Part shown: positions 38,801 to 46,036 of the stretch, piece after piece
Position numbering within the stretch: position 1 is the first letter of the stretch
How the letters are laid out: every line of letters starts with the position of its first letter
Source of the DNA: a virus
Lineage: Duplodnaviria; Caudoviricetes
IMG/VR virus record: IMGVR_UViG_3300017911_002159
Span: 1 to 64,000 of that record
Length of the DNA: 64,000 nt
Direction: 5' to 3' (one strand)
Made by a program: the position numbers and the translations under genes
Notes under the pieces: generated by a model
Database searches by the model: none
What the model was told of the DNA's origin: nothing
What the model saw: only the letters and a program-made list of their open reading frames with translations

Positions 38801-39399
38801 CATCTGTAAGCACTGAAACATCTGCAAGTATTTACAGTGAGATTTTCCCCGGTCTTGGCGAAACCAACGTAAGATATATTTCTCAGCCAATTACTTTGGC
38901 TGATGGTCAAGATGCAGAAGACCTTAGAGTACTAGTGTCTGCATTCAAGCCACCAAGAGCTAAGATGTATGTGTTTGGTAGATTCGTAAACCAATATGAT
39001 AATCTTGATGATGTTCTGTTTACTCCACTTAAAGATCTTACTCCTGAACTCAATTCGACTAGAAATGATAGAGAAGATATTAAAGAATTTGAATTTAGAA
39101 TGTTTACCAGAGACGAAATCAACGATACTGAGTGGGTGAAGATCTTTAATGATACAACAGGTTCAGACTATGCATTTAAGTACACAAATGAGTATACTTC
39201 TAATAGCTTAATTGCAACTGATGCAACTACAGGTATAGCTAGTTACTTTAGAGATGGAACAACTTATGATACTTTCAAGATTTTCCAACTCAAGATTGTG
39301 ACTTATGCAACAATCGACACAGTTACAGGGTTTGGTACTAAGAATTCTTCTAACCCAGCAATTATTGAGAATGTAAGAGCTATAGCATTACAGGTATAG
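32878..39399 (+). CDS. Large virion structural protein (VrlC/DUF4815-like)
   Basis: NLN.SPYFDDF...K.FY.ILFKPG.AVQARELSQLQTILQ.Q, APGADR, RYTM.DIG.L..RI.NLEYYTSL, DP.AQTF. Confidence 0.88.
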   Translation: MSDINTNLNRSPYFDDFLENKKFYRILFKPGSAVQARELSQLQTILQKQINRFGSHVFKNGSIVDGVNPKVIDQAHVVRLKNAFSNNTVVDLDAILNSSNNLILTSQSSDVEAKILFQQDGSQADTPNTKRLYVVYTNVDDTNTKTAVGNVSIVENSNTVTGTGTSFNNYAVGDYFTIFETPNKRRVSFQAKIDNIANNTSLTLNRKLSFANSSVSSNNFTIHRNLTKFGVLGTADSPEILEVVDRTVRNSQANSVNTSVSANTFLLGFSVANTETLRVTVNGQEQTPTVDYTPNTTHVVLKYNLQNSDEITFIEALNTVKYTGLQCFKSGSVATSERATVVSNQEGVIFHKGQFLNIDPGFVVVSDNVEGANDSIVAVDSNESIVTFKADPSLLDNAAGFSNEVAPGADRLKLDPLLVSANTSNLINKEAVAVLVNFNDEGEVLSENREPQYNILGDQLAKRNTDHAGSFTVKRFTVDTEAASANNENFKIVVEPGLGYINGYKVETLAPISETITRGTNTLQREDFELGINYGNYVRVKEFNGNFAPYDRVTFVHNGANQGYFPASNTTFLTSLSSFTPASSNNVGRAYVKSVELESGTPGAPNAIYRIHLFGIEQSANDSILNARTIVTNDTVKGGADIILNDSDNAVITEIGELPLDAFGEAGVRSYTDSTSTFDNNFTVRKFASVTDTLNANGFLIVDVDDETDLSGNNAIGTYTTSEVNDLVLSNVGSEISCNSLGVTTSSGNVITLSSAFGDKIHVGDIVQIDSGNKVIVTKVNSTTEIQTNIDSTDTTGTLKKIIPVGKTIPVDSDMVSTSQVDNTLVINIPILNNSNYTGSTTVRATYEFNGRDYKPFNKDVKKNLYRRINTANNSANSIGPWDLGVVDVHKVTGVWVLTNKNNGNANDTFTDSDLTATTNRVNGGFFEFDSGQRDHFYDYSTLHLTNKGRFKNYVTSNNTIVVKLDAFTLDNNDGEGYLTVDSYPTTTSTTANTTTIKFEEIPTYITSNGDKVALRDVVDYRPRFNNKEQTNLLTGVANTSIVDVSNVKDKDSAKSSGNSKNSFLIFKNDTEFVSDYKINVGKKADVYIGETGTLTISVANNSITPAPEVPKAMRIGSVDVAPFPSLTREESTAARNIYSGGKLNDKRTEFDVSNYRIIVDQFNIRRYTMKDIGTLDQRIQNLEYYTSLNALESDTFNKQFKNSSGVERFKNGIFVEPFISHQFGATNDNEYRVSIDKDLGHFRPSFAEVLVDNFTPEIVSGNVNVFGHRIMYNHSEVDFIKQDKATKVRPAAPLAIRFDGELQLFPEYDVGTDSENVGSVIINPDAQPPVQEGTVTTFGNWRTRRTSGRRRRIISTRNVTTVTTTVDETLESFGERVVDVTVTPFIREQAIRFRATGLRPNEQHSLFFNGVNVNEHVVPARFSIQPVLTVTGLTNPIRISNLPDGVINDKLVSDQISSNPDVASTRFARVGDRGFPLITNRSGSVSGQFFVPKDTFLQGDRNMLIADIEDLDTESDAILSSASKMFHSNRIGVKSEELLERNFEVQTRTRRRNQTRNNNDPIAQTFYVRGDNDFTEDGIFVSSIDIFFKRKSARRGSAVNVYVCELENGYPNTEKVYGASKVKLSAGRVSVSDDASVATNFKFSHPIFLKKDRGYAFVIKPDGDDPDYDVYFSKLGGSDITTGTAVNSQPYEGIAFLGANQDTWSALQDEDIKFTLKKAVFETGAATVRMVPRNFDRGEFEDITFFNNKTSIQVGDLAYGMTNANNDPNLTVANVNTSIVGIVSSIDDINNLVRIAPSSGNFTTSATKTFNTTRLDGTTKSTTKHKLAFYRPRDLLTETETLNLDRFVGTSFISLEDHEFSTIVPQFTTQTYSKSSVDFDFVYNISNTSSKTFAIPNEDEYEHTDNPLVLRSRTNEKLKLGSATGNSSFYIDISMNNGTTKTSPMIDTRRTLLSAVGNLTITPDDSANNFIDGTSVSTETSASIYSEIFPGLGETNVRYISQPITLADGQDAEDLRVLVSAFKPPRAKMYVFGRFVNQYDNLDDVLFTPLKDLTPELNSTRNDREDIKEFEFRMFTRDEINDTEWVKIFNDTTGSDYAFKYTNEYTSNSLIATDATTGIASYFRDGTTYDTFKIFQLKIVTYATIDTVTGFGTKNSSNPAIIENVRAIALQV

Positions 39400-39400
39400 A

Positions 39401-39595
39401 ATGGACTTAACTAATCACAGGAGAGATGAAAAATCTAACGCCATACTAAGTGTAGATAATTCATCTCTCGCTGCCTACAAAGCAGCAAGGGCTAAAGAAA
39501 AACAAATAAATAACGTAATGGAAGAGGTCCAAGATCTCAGAGTAGAATTGACAGAAATAAAGAACATGCTAAAGGCACTAGTAAATGGCAATTAA
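39401..39595 (+). CDS. Small conserved protein following the VrlC-like gene
   Basis: RD..S.AIL..D......YK..R...coiled coil. Confidence 0.75.
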   Translation: MDLTNHRRDEKSNAILSVDNSSLAAYKAARAKEKQINNVMEEVQDLRVELTEIKNMLKALVNGN

Positions 39596-41699
39596 CATAT
39601 CTAATACTACACCTACTAATACGTTTGAGTTCTGGAGACTCAGAACGAATGATATGGCCAATGCCTTTAGACTGAAAGTGGTTAGCACTTCTTCTAACGC
39701 TGCTCCCGGTAGTGCAGCAATCACTGGGACTTTCTCAGGTCTAAATTTAAAAGCTAACGGTACTACTCAATCTACAAGTAAGACTACAGGTGCATTACAA
39801 TCCAGAGGTGGTTTGGGTGTTTCTAAGAATGCTCATATTGGCGGTAAGCTGGTTGTAACAGGAATTAGTAATACAGCTAACTTAAATGTTGCTGGAACAG
39901 TTTCTGCCACACTGTTCTCAGGAAACGGGTCTTCACTTACTTCTGTAGATGCCGAAACACTTGACGGTAAAGATTCAACCGATTTTGTTTCGAATACATT
40001 TGCAATTGCTACTTTTGCTACGAACAACTATGTTCAGTCTGATACGTTTAAGTCTGATATTGGCGTAGTATCGAATAACTACGTTGAAGGAAGATTTACA
40101 TCCAACAGTTTTGCTAAAGCTACTTTCACTTCTAATAACTATGTAGATGGAAGATTTACTTCTAACAGTTTTGTAAAGGCTACCTTTACATCTAATAATT
40201 ACGTTGATAATCAGCTTAGCACAAGAATTGGTATTAGAGCTACTAACACGTATGTAAAATCTACCTTCACTTCTAATAACTACGTTCAAAATAGATTTAC
40301 TTCGAACAACTTTGCTAAAGCTACATTTACATCTAATAGCTATGTAGATGGAAGGTTCACATCAAACAACTACGTTGACGGAAGGTTTACTTCCAACAAT
40401 TTTGTTAAAGCAACTTTTACATCTAATAACTACGTTGATAATCAGCTAAGCTCTAGAATTGGAATCCGGGCTACTAACACTTACGTAAACTCCACATTCA
40501 CTTCTAACAATTATGTGGATGGTAGATTTAGTTCTAACAATTATCTTTCTACAGTAGTTGGCATTAGAGCTACAAACACATTTGTAAAATCTACTTTTAC
40601 ATCTAATAACTATGCTAAGACTACATTTACGTCTAATAGCTTCGTTAAAGATACCTTTGTATCTAATAACTACGCTACAGACAGTTTCTTAAGATCCAAT
40701 GCTGACGATACTGCAACTGGTACAATTACCTTTAGCACAACTACCAACTTCTCTTCCGTTGCTAATGTAACTAACGGAACAATGAAGCTGCCCAATACAG
40801 CCAACATTTCTATTGGCAACATGGCATCAAACTCTAACAAATACTTAAGAGTTAATGGTGACGGTTCTGCATTAGTGTTTGCCGATTCGACTGTTGCTAA
40901 CACTGGTGATATTGGTGATATTCAAATTAACTATGCAGGTATCTCAAATGCTGATGTATTAGTATATGATGAGAATACTCAAAAGTTTGTTAACCGACCT
41001 AGATCTCTTATTGATGTTACATCTATTGATGATATCGATGATGTAAATATAACTCAATCGAGAGGTGATCTTTTAGTAAGAGTAGTAAGCACTTCTAACT
41101 CCTCTACGTTTGCTAATACTTCTAATGGTTTCATTACTGGTAGATTAGACTCATTTTCTGAGACAGAACTTACTGGTTTGACATCCAACTCTGTTGCTCA
41201 TACTTCGACCTCCAATTCATTCCTGCAGGTTTTTGTAAATGGTGTGAGATTGGGCAACGCAGACTTTTCTACAAACACATCACATGTAGGTTTGACCTCT
41301 GATTTAGTATCCAGTGATATTATTTCCATTGTTGAATTTAATCCACATGCATTTGTCGTCGGAGATGGCACTCCATCCGAGTTAAACCAGCTTAACTATT
41401 CTGACTTACGGTTAAAGTCTAATGTAGAAATTTACGAAGCATCATCTTCTGTATTTGATATTAATACATATACTTACTACTGGAAAGATACTGAAAGATT
41501 CCATGATAGGCAAGAAGTAGGTTTCGTAGCTCAAAATCTTGAAGAATATATTCCACAAGTTGTTACTGAAAACAGTGATGGTGAAAAGATGGTTGACTAC
41601 GGCAAAATGACTGCGGTTCTTCTGTCCACAATTCAACAGATGAACAAGAGAATAGAAGCTCTTGAAGAAAAAGCATTCTGCACGTGTCCGGAGGAATAA
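39585..41699 (+). CDS. Tail fibre with decamer repeats and C-terminal intramolecular chaperone (peptidase S74)
   Basis: T..TFE.WR..TN N-terminus; TGAL...GGLGV; SDLRLK.N, Y.WK, GF.AQ.LE...P.VV, VDY.K....L...IQ. Confidence 0.85.
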   Translation: MAINISNTTPTNTFEFWRLRTNDMANAFRLKVVSTSSNAAPGSAAITGTFSGLNLKANGTTQSTSKTTGALQSRGGLGVSKNAHIGGKLVVTGISNTANLNVAGTVSATLFSGNGSSLTSVDAETLDGKDSTDFVSNTFAIATFATNNYVQSDTFKSDIGVVSNNYVEGRFTSNSFAKATFTSNNYVDGRFTSNSFVKATFTSNNYVDNQLSTRIGIRATNTYVKSTFTSNNYVQNRFTSNNFAKATFTSNSYVDGRFTSNNYVDGRFTSNNFVKATFTSNNYVDNQLSSRIGIRATNTYVNSTFTSNNYVDGRFSSNNYLSTVVGIRATNTFVKSTFTSNNYAKTTFTSNSFVKDTFVSNNYATDSFLRSNADDTATGTITFSTTTNFSSVANVTNGTMKLPNTANISIGNMASNSNKYLRVNGDGSALVFADSTVANTGDIGDIQINYAGISNADVLVYDENTQKFVNRPRSLIDVTSIDDIDDVNITQSRGDLLVRVVSTSNSSTFANTSNGFITGRLDSFSETELTGLTSNSVAHTSTSNSFLQVFVNGVRLGNADFSTNTSHVGLTSDLVSSDIISIVEFNPHAFVVGDGTPSELNQLNYSDLRLKSNVEIYEASSSVFDINTYTYYWKDTERFHDRQEVGFVAQNLEEYIPQVVTENSDGEKMVDYGKMTAVLLSTIQQMNKRIEALEEKAFCTCPEE
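39981..40700 (+). repeat. About 20 imperfect 30-nt coding repeats (F-T-S-N-N-Y/F-V-x-x-R/T)
   Basis: FTSNNYVDGR / FTSNSFVKAT / IRATNTYVKST units with synonymous divergence. Confidence 0.9.
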
Positions 41700-42440
41700 A
41701 TGGCTACTCCAACATCGAATACAGACTTTAAAGAATTTTGCCTTAGAAAATTAGGTAAAGGAGTAATTGAAATCAACGTGAGCAATGCTCAGGTTGACGA
41801 TAGAGTTGATGAAGCTGTTAACTTTTATCAGGATTATCATTTTGATGGTACTGAGAGAGTTTACTACAAATATCAAATTACTCAGGATGATAAAGATCAG
41901 GGATATATTACTTTACCCAATAACATTATTGGTGCAGTAAATATGTTTGATATTGGTGATGAAGACAATACCAACAATCTCTTTAACATAAGATATCAAA
42001 TTGCACTCAACGATTTGTATACTCTTACATCTCAGTCTCTTGTTCCATACTACATGGCATTCCAACACCTAGAATTGTATGAGCAGATTCTAGTTGGTAA
42101 GCAGCCTATAAGATATAATAGACATGTAAACGAATTTCATATTGACATGGATTGGGACAAACTAGCTGTTGGTGAATATTTAATTATTGAAGCTTATCAG
42201 GTAATAGACCCCGATCAATACACTAAGATGTATGGAGATTATTGGCTTCAAAGATATGCTACTGCCCTGATTAAAATACAGTGGGGAGAAAACCTCAAGA
42301 AGTTTCAAGGTATGCAAATGCCCGGAGGAATGGTCATGGATGGCGTCTCTATATACAATGAAGGAGTTAGAGATAAGGAGCAGTTGGAAATGGAAATGAG
42401 AACATCTTATTCTCTTCCAGCAACTGATATGATTGGCTAA
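41700..42440 (+). CDS. gp13: Neck protein gp13
   Basis: CLRKLG..VIEINV...QV.DR.DEA..F..YHFDG, K.QWG.NL.KF.G..MPGG. Confidence 0.95.
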   Translation: MATPTSNTDFKEFCLRKLGKGVIEINVSNAQVDDRVDEAVNFYQDYHFDGTERVYYKYQITQDDKDQGYITLPNNIIGAVNMFDIGDEDNTNNLFNIRYQIALNDLYTLTSQSLVPYYMAFQHLELYEQILVGKQPIRYNRHVNEFHIDMDWDKLAVGEYLIIEAYQVIDPDQYTKMYGDYWLQRYATALIKIQWGENLKKFQGMQMPGGMVMDGVSIYNEGVRDKEQLEMEMRTSYSLPATDMIG

Positions 42441-43168
42441 TGACAAGAAATGCTTTCTTTAATCAGTACTCTACCTCTACAGAACAAAATCTTCTTGAAG
42501 ATCTGATCATCGAGAGCATACAAATCTATGGTTTTGATGTAAATTATCTTCCTAGAGTTTCTTTAAACACTGATTCAATTTACACTCAATATACTAGTTC
42601 AGCTTTTATTGATGCTGTACCAGTCGAGATGTATGTAAAGAATGTTTTGGGATTTGCTGGTGAAGGAGATTTTGTATCTAGATTTGGATTGGAAATAAGA
42701 GATCAAGTTACTTTCACGATTGCAAAGAAGAGGTTTGATGTTGAAGTAGCTAACGCCTCTTTTGTAAACACATACTCTTCTGCTAATGTGTTTATTTCTA
42801 ATTCTAATTATACTGATGAAGCTATTACCATCAGTAGGCCAAGAGAAGGTGATGTACTTTATTTTCCTCTATCAAACACGTTTTTTGAAATAAAATTTGT
42901 TGAACATGAGGAAGTATTTTATCCTCTAGGTAAACTCCAGACATTTGATTTAAGATGTGAAACTATGGAATATGGTGGACAAATTTTTGCTACTGGTAAC
43001 ACAACTCTAGATAACTATATGTCTGGATTGTCTCTTGGTGTTGTTTCTGGCAACACAGATTCTGGAGCTAACAATGTAGCAGGAGCAATAAACTTCGATA
43101 TTCAAAGTGAGTTTGATCAAATAGTAGACTTTACTGAAAACGATCCGTTTGCAAGTGGACAGTACTAA
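42440..43168 (+). CDS. gp14: Neck protein gp14
   Basis: EQ.L.EDL.IESI.IYG.D..Y.PR, FG.EIRD, RP.EGD..YFP, FEIKFVEHE, DF.E.DPF. Confidence 0.95.
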   Translation: MTRNAFFNQYSTSTEQNLLEDLIIESIQIYGFDVNYLPRVSLNTDSIYTQYTSSAFIDAVPVEMYVKNVLGFAGEGDFVSRFGLEIRDQVTFTIAKKRFDVEVANASFVNTYSSANVFISNSNYTDEAITISRPREGDVLYFPLSNTFFEIKFVEHEEVFYPLGKLQTFDLRCETMEYGGQIFATGNTTLDNYMSGLSLGVVSGNTDSGANNVAGAINFDIQSEFDQIVDFTENDPFASGQY

Positions 43169-44013
43169 TGCTAGGACATATCTTTTTTCACGATCTTATA
43201 AGAAAGTATGTTGTTACTTTTGGTACACTGTTTAACGACATTAAGTTAAGAAGAACCAATAGGCTTGGTGTTGTTGCTCAGACCATTGAGGTTCCTTTAA
43301 CATATGGTCCAAGAGACAAATTTGTTACAAGATTACAGCAAGATTCGGATTTAAATTCACAGGTAGGAATTACTCTTCCAAGAATTTCTTTTGAAATTGT
43401 AAGAATGGGTTTTGATCCATCAAGACAACTGCCATCTACAAACAAAATTATACATGATGGTGCAGCAAATAAAGTAAAAAGAGTTTTTACTTACGTGCCA
43501 TACGATATTCAATTTTCTTTGAACATTTACACAATGACAAACGAAGATGGTGTTAGAATTGTTGAGCAGATTTTACCATTTTTTATTCCTCAGTTTACTC
43601 CTACAGTTCAGCTTTTGGAAGAACCAGATATCAAAATGGATCTGCCAATAATTTTAAATGGGGTCACCACTCAAGATCTATATGATGGATCTTTTGATCA
43701 AAGAAGAGTTTTAGTTCATACTATGGACTTTTTAATGAAGGCTTACATGATTGGGCCGGTGGTTGAGAAACCTTTAATTCTGTTTGCTAACACTAACTTT
43801 AGAATTGATGGTTTCAATCAAACTATTGGGTCTGCTAATACTGATGTAGAGGCATTCAAAATCAGACCCGGCCAGTTTGCAAACGGTGATCCTACCAGCA
43901 ATGGTGCTCTTTCTGTTGCAGCAAATACCATTTTGCCAAATTCCAATTTTGGTTTTATTACTACATTCTCTTCAAGTGTTATGGCTAACGATTCGGTGAT
44001 TACAATAGGATGA
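43168..44013 (+). CDS. gp15: Tail sheath stabiliser gp15
   Basis: F....IRKYV..FG.LFNDI, VPL.YGP..KF, LPR.SFE, VPY, IVEQILPFF.P. Confidence 0.95.
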   Translation: MLGHIFFHDLIRKYVVTFGTLFNDIKLRRTNRLGVVAQTIEVPLTYGPRDKFVTRLQQDSDLNSQVGITLPRISFEIVRMGFDPSRQLPSTNKIIHDGAANKVKRVFTYVPYDIQFSLNIYTMTNEDGVRIVEQILPFFIPQFTPTVQLLEEPDIKMDLPIILNGVTTQDLYDGSFDQRRVLVHTMDFLMKAYMIGPVVEKPLILFANTNFRIDGFNQTIGSANTDVEAFKIRPGQFANGDPTSNGALSVAANTILPNSNFGFITTFSSSVMANDSVITIG

Positions 44014-44387
44014 ATAAAAAACAATTAAATGAAGTTTTGAATATACAGGAAACGGTTGAATTACAACCAACCTCTCAAGATGATGATGAAGAAATTGATA
44101 GTGAATATCTTTATACAAAACAAAATCTACATCACATCATTGATCGAGGCTCTGATGCTTTAGAAGAAATGCTAATGATAGCAAAGCAGACTGAGCAGCC
44201 ACGTGCATTTGAGGTAGTTTCGACACTTCTTAAAACTTTATCTGATGCTAACAAAGATTTATTAGAGCTTAAGAACAAACAAAAAACATTAAAAGGTGAA
44301 AAGAATGCACCGAAGAATGTTACTAATGCATTGTTTGTTGGTAGTACAGCAGAGCTTCAGAAAATGATTAAGGAAGCTAAAAAATGA
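44010..44387 (+). CDS. gp16: Terminase small subunit gp16
   Basis: PRAFEV, NALFVGSTAELQK. Confidence 0.93.
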   Translation: MNKKQLNEVLNIQETVELQPTSQDDDEEIDSEYLYTKQNLHHIIDRGSDALEEMLMIAKQTEQPRAFEVVSTLLKTLSDANKDLLELKNKQKTLKGEKNAPKNVTNALFVGSTAELQKMIKEAKK

Positions 44388-45979
44388 GTGAGGATAGAAA
44401 AGATGCCTATCTTGGCAACATGAACCTTAAAAGGTCTGGTGTTGAGGTAGAATATACTCAAGAAGAAATGCAAGAGTATATTAAATGTGCTCAAAACCCA
44501 TTATACTTTTTTGAAAACTACATAAAAATTGTTAATGTTGATAAGGGCTTAGTTCTTTTTCAGCCTTACGATTTTCAGAAAGAAATTATTGATCTTGCTG
44601 TAAAAGAAAGATTTGTAATTTGTAAGTTGCCAAGACAGTCAGGTAAAACAACTACGATTGCAGCAGTATTGCTTTGGTATGTTTTGTTCAACGAAAGTTT
44701 TAGTATTGCTATTCTTGCCAATAAAATGCAGCAGTCACGTGAGATTTTGGGAAGAATTCAACTTGCTTATGAACATTTGCCAAGATGGTTGCAGCAAGGT
44801 GTTCTTGAATGGAACAAAGGTAATATTGAATTAGAAAACGGATCTAAAATTCTAGCATCTGCTACATCCTCGTCTGCTGTTCGTGGTGGTTCTTTCAACC
44901 TCATTTACATGGACGAGCTTGCATTCGTATCTCCTAACATTCAAGAGGAATTCTTTGCCTCGGTTTATCCTACAATTTCTTCGGGTAAAACATCTAAAAT
45001 TTTAATTACATCTACACCAAATGGTTTGGATATGTTCTACAGAATCTGGTCTGATTCTGAACAGGGGAAAAACTCTTACAAAAGAGTGCAGGTAAATTGG
45101 TGGGATGTTCCGGGACGTGATGAAAAGTTTAAAGAAGAAACTATTGCTAACACGTCTGAAGAGCAATGGCGTGTGGAATTTGAGTGTGAATTCTTAGGTT
45201 CTCAGTTTACTCTTATTGATCCTAAGTTTTTAAGACAAATGTATCCAGAAAAACCTAAAACATTTAATGATAGAACAGCCATTTACGAAGAACCAGAAGC
45301 AAATAAAATTTATGTTATGACTTGTGACGTAGCTAGAGGCGTCAATCTTGATTACTCTGCTATTTCTGTAGTTGATGTCACCCAAGTTCCTTACAAAATG
45401 GTTGCTAGATTCAAAGCTAACAATGTTACAGTACAAGAGTTTCCAAAAATCATTTATGAACTTGGTATGAAGTATAATGAAGCTTTTTGTATGGTTGAAA
45501 TTAACGATGTGGGACAACAGGTTGCTGATATTTTGGAAAGAGATCTTGAATATCAAAATTTAGTATCGACCTCATTCAAAGGAAGAGGTGGTGTCAAAAT
45601 CAGTTCTGGTTTTGGTGGGGTAAATATGGTTAACGGCCTAAGAACTACACTCAAAACTAAAAAAATTGGTTGTTCAAACTTAAAAACCTTAATTGAAAAC
45701 AAAAAATTACTTGCAAATGATTTTGAAGTTATTAGTGAACTTTCTACATTTATTTCTAATGGACAGTCTTTTGCAGCAGATAAAGGTAAAAATGATGACA
45801 TTGTAATGACACTTGTGATGTTTGGGTGGATGACAACACAAGATTACTTCAAGGATCTTACTGATACAGATTATGTAAAAAATTTATTAGAAGAAAAAAA
45901 GGAAGATATGGATACAATGCTTCCTTTTGGGTTCATCGATTCAGGAAATCCTTTTGATGATGACGGCTTCAGGTTGTGA
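44384..45979 (+). CDS. gp17: Terminase large subunit gp17
   Basis: RQSGKTT Walker A, DELAF, STPNG, D.ARG..DYS, DD.VM; no intein or intron seen. Confidence 0.98.
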   Translation: MSEDRKDAYLGNMNLKRSGVEVEYTQEEMQEYIKCAQNPLYFFENYIKIVNVDKGLVLFQPYDFQKEIIDLAVKERFVICKLPRQSGKTTTIAAVLLWYVLFNESFSIAILANKMQQSREILGRIQLAYEHLPRWLQQGVLEWNKGNIELENGSKILASATSSSAVRGGSFNLIYMDELAFVSPNIQEEFFASVYPTISSGKTSKILITSTPNGLDMFYRIWSDSEQGKNSYKRVQVNWWDVPGRDEKFKEETIANTSEEQWRVEFECEFLGSQFTLIDPKFLRQMYPEKPKTFNDRTAIYEEPEANKIYVMTCDVARGVNLDYSAISVVDVTQVPYKMVARFKANNVTVQEFPKIIYELGMKYNEAFCMVEINDVGQQVADILERDLEYQNLVSTSFKGRGGVKISSGFGGVNMVNGLRTTLKTKKIGCSNLKTLIENKKLLANDFEVISELSTFISNGQSFAADKGKNDDIVMTLVMFGWMTTQDYFKDLTDTDYVKNLLEEKKEDMDTMLPFGFIDSGNPFDDDGFRL

Positions 45980-45992
45980 CAATACTGATTTA

Positions 45993-46000
45993 AATAAATA
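45993..46000 (+). promoter_or_regulatory. Late promoter variant AATAAATA upstream of gp18
   Basis: ATAAATA core in the intergenic region; similar sites at 50207-50214 and 52684-52691. Confidence 0.7.
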
Positions 46001-46036
46001 AGCTGGAGTGCAGTTTCTTAATCTAAGGAGAATACG

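Noticed and set aside
39981-40700. Fibre repeats as a CRISPR array or DGR template/variable pair
   Set aside because: They are in-frame coding repeats with synonymous, not adenine-specific, variation; no spacers, and no reverse transcriptase in the window
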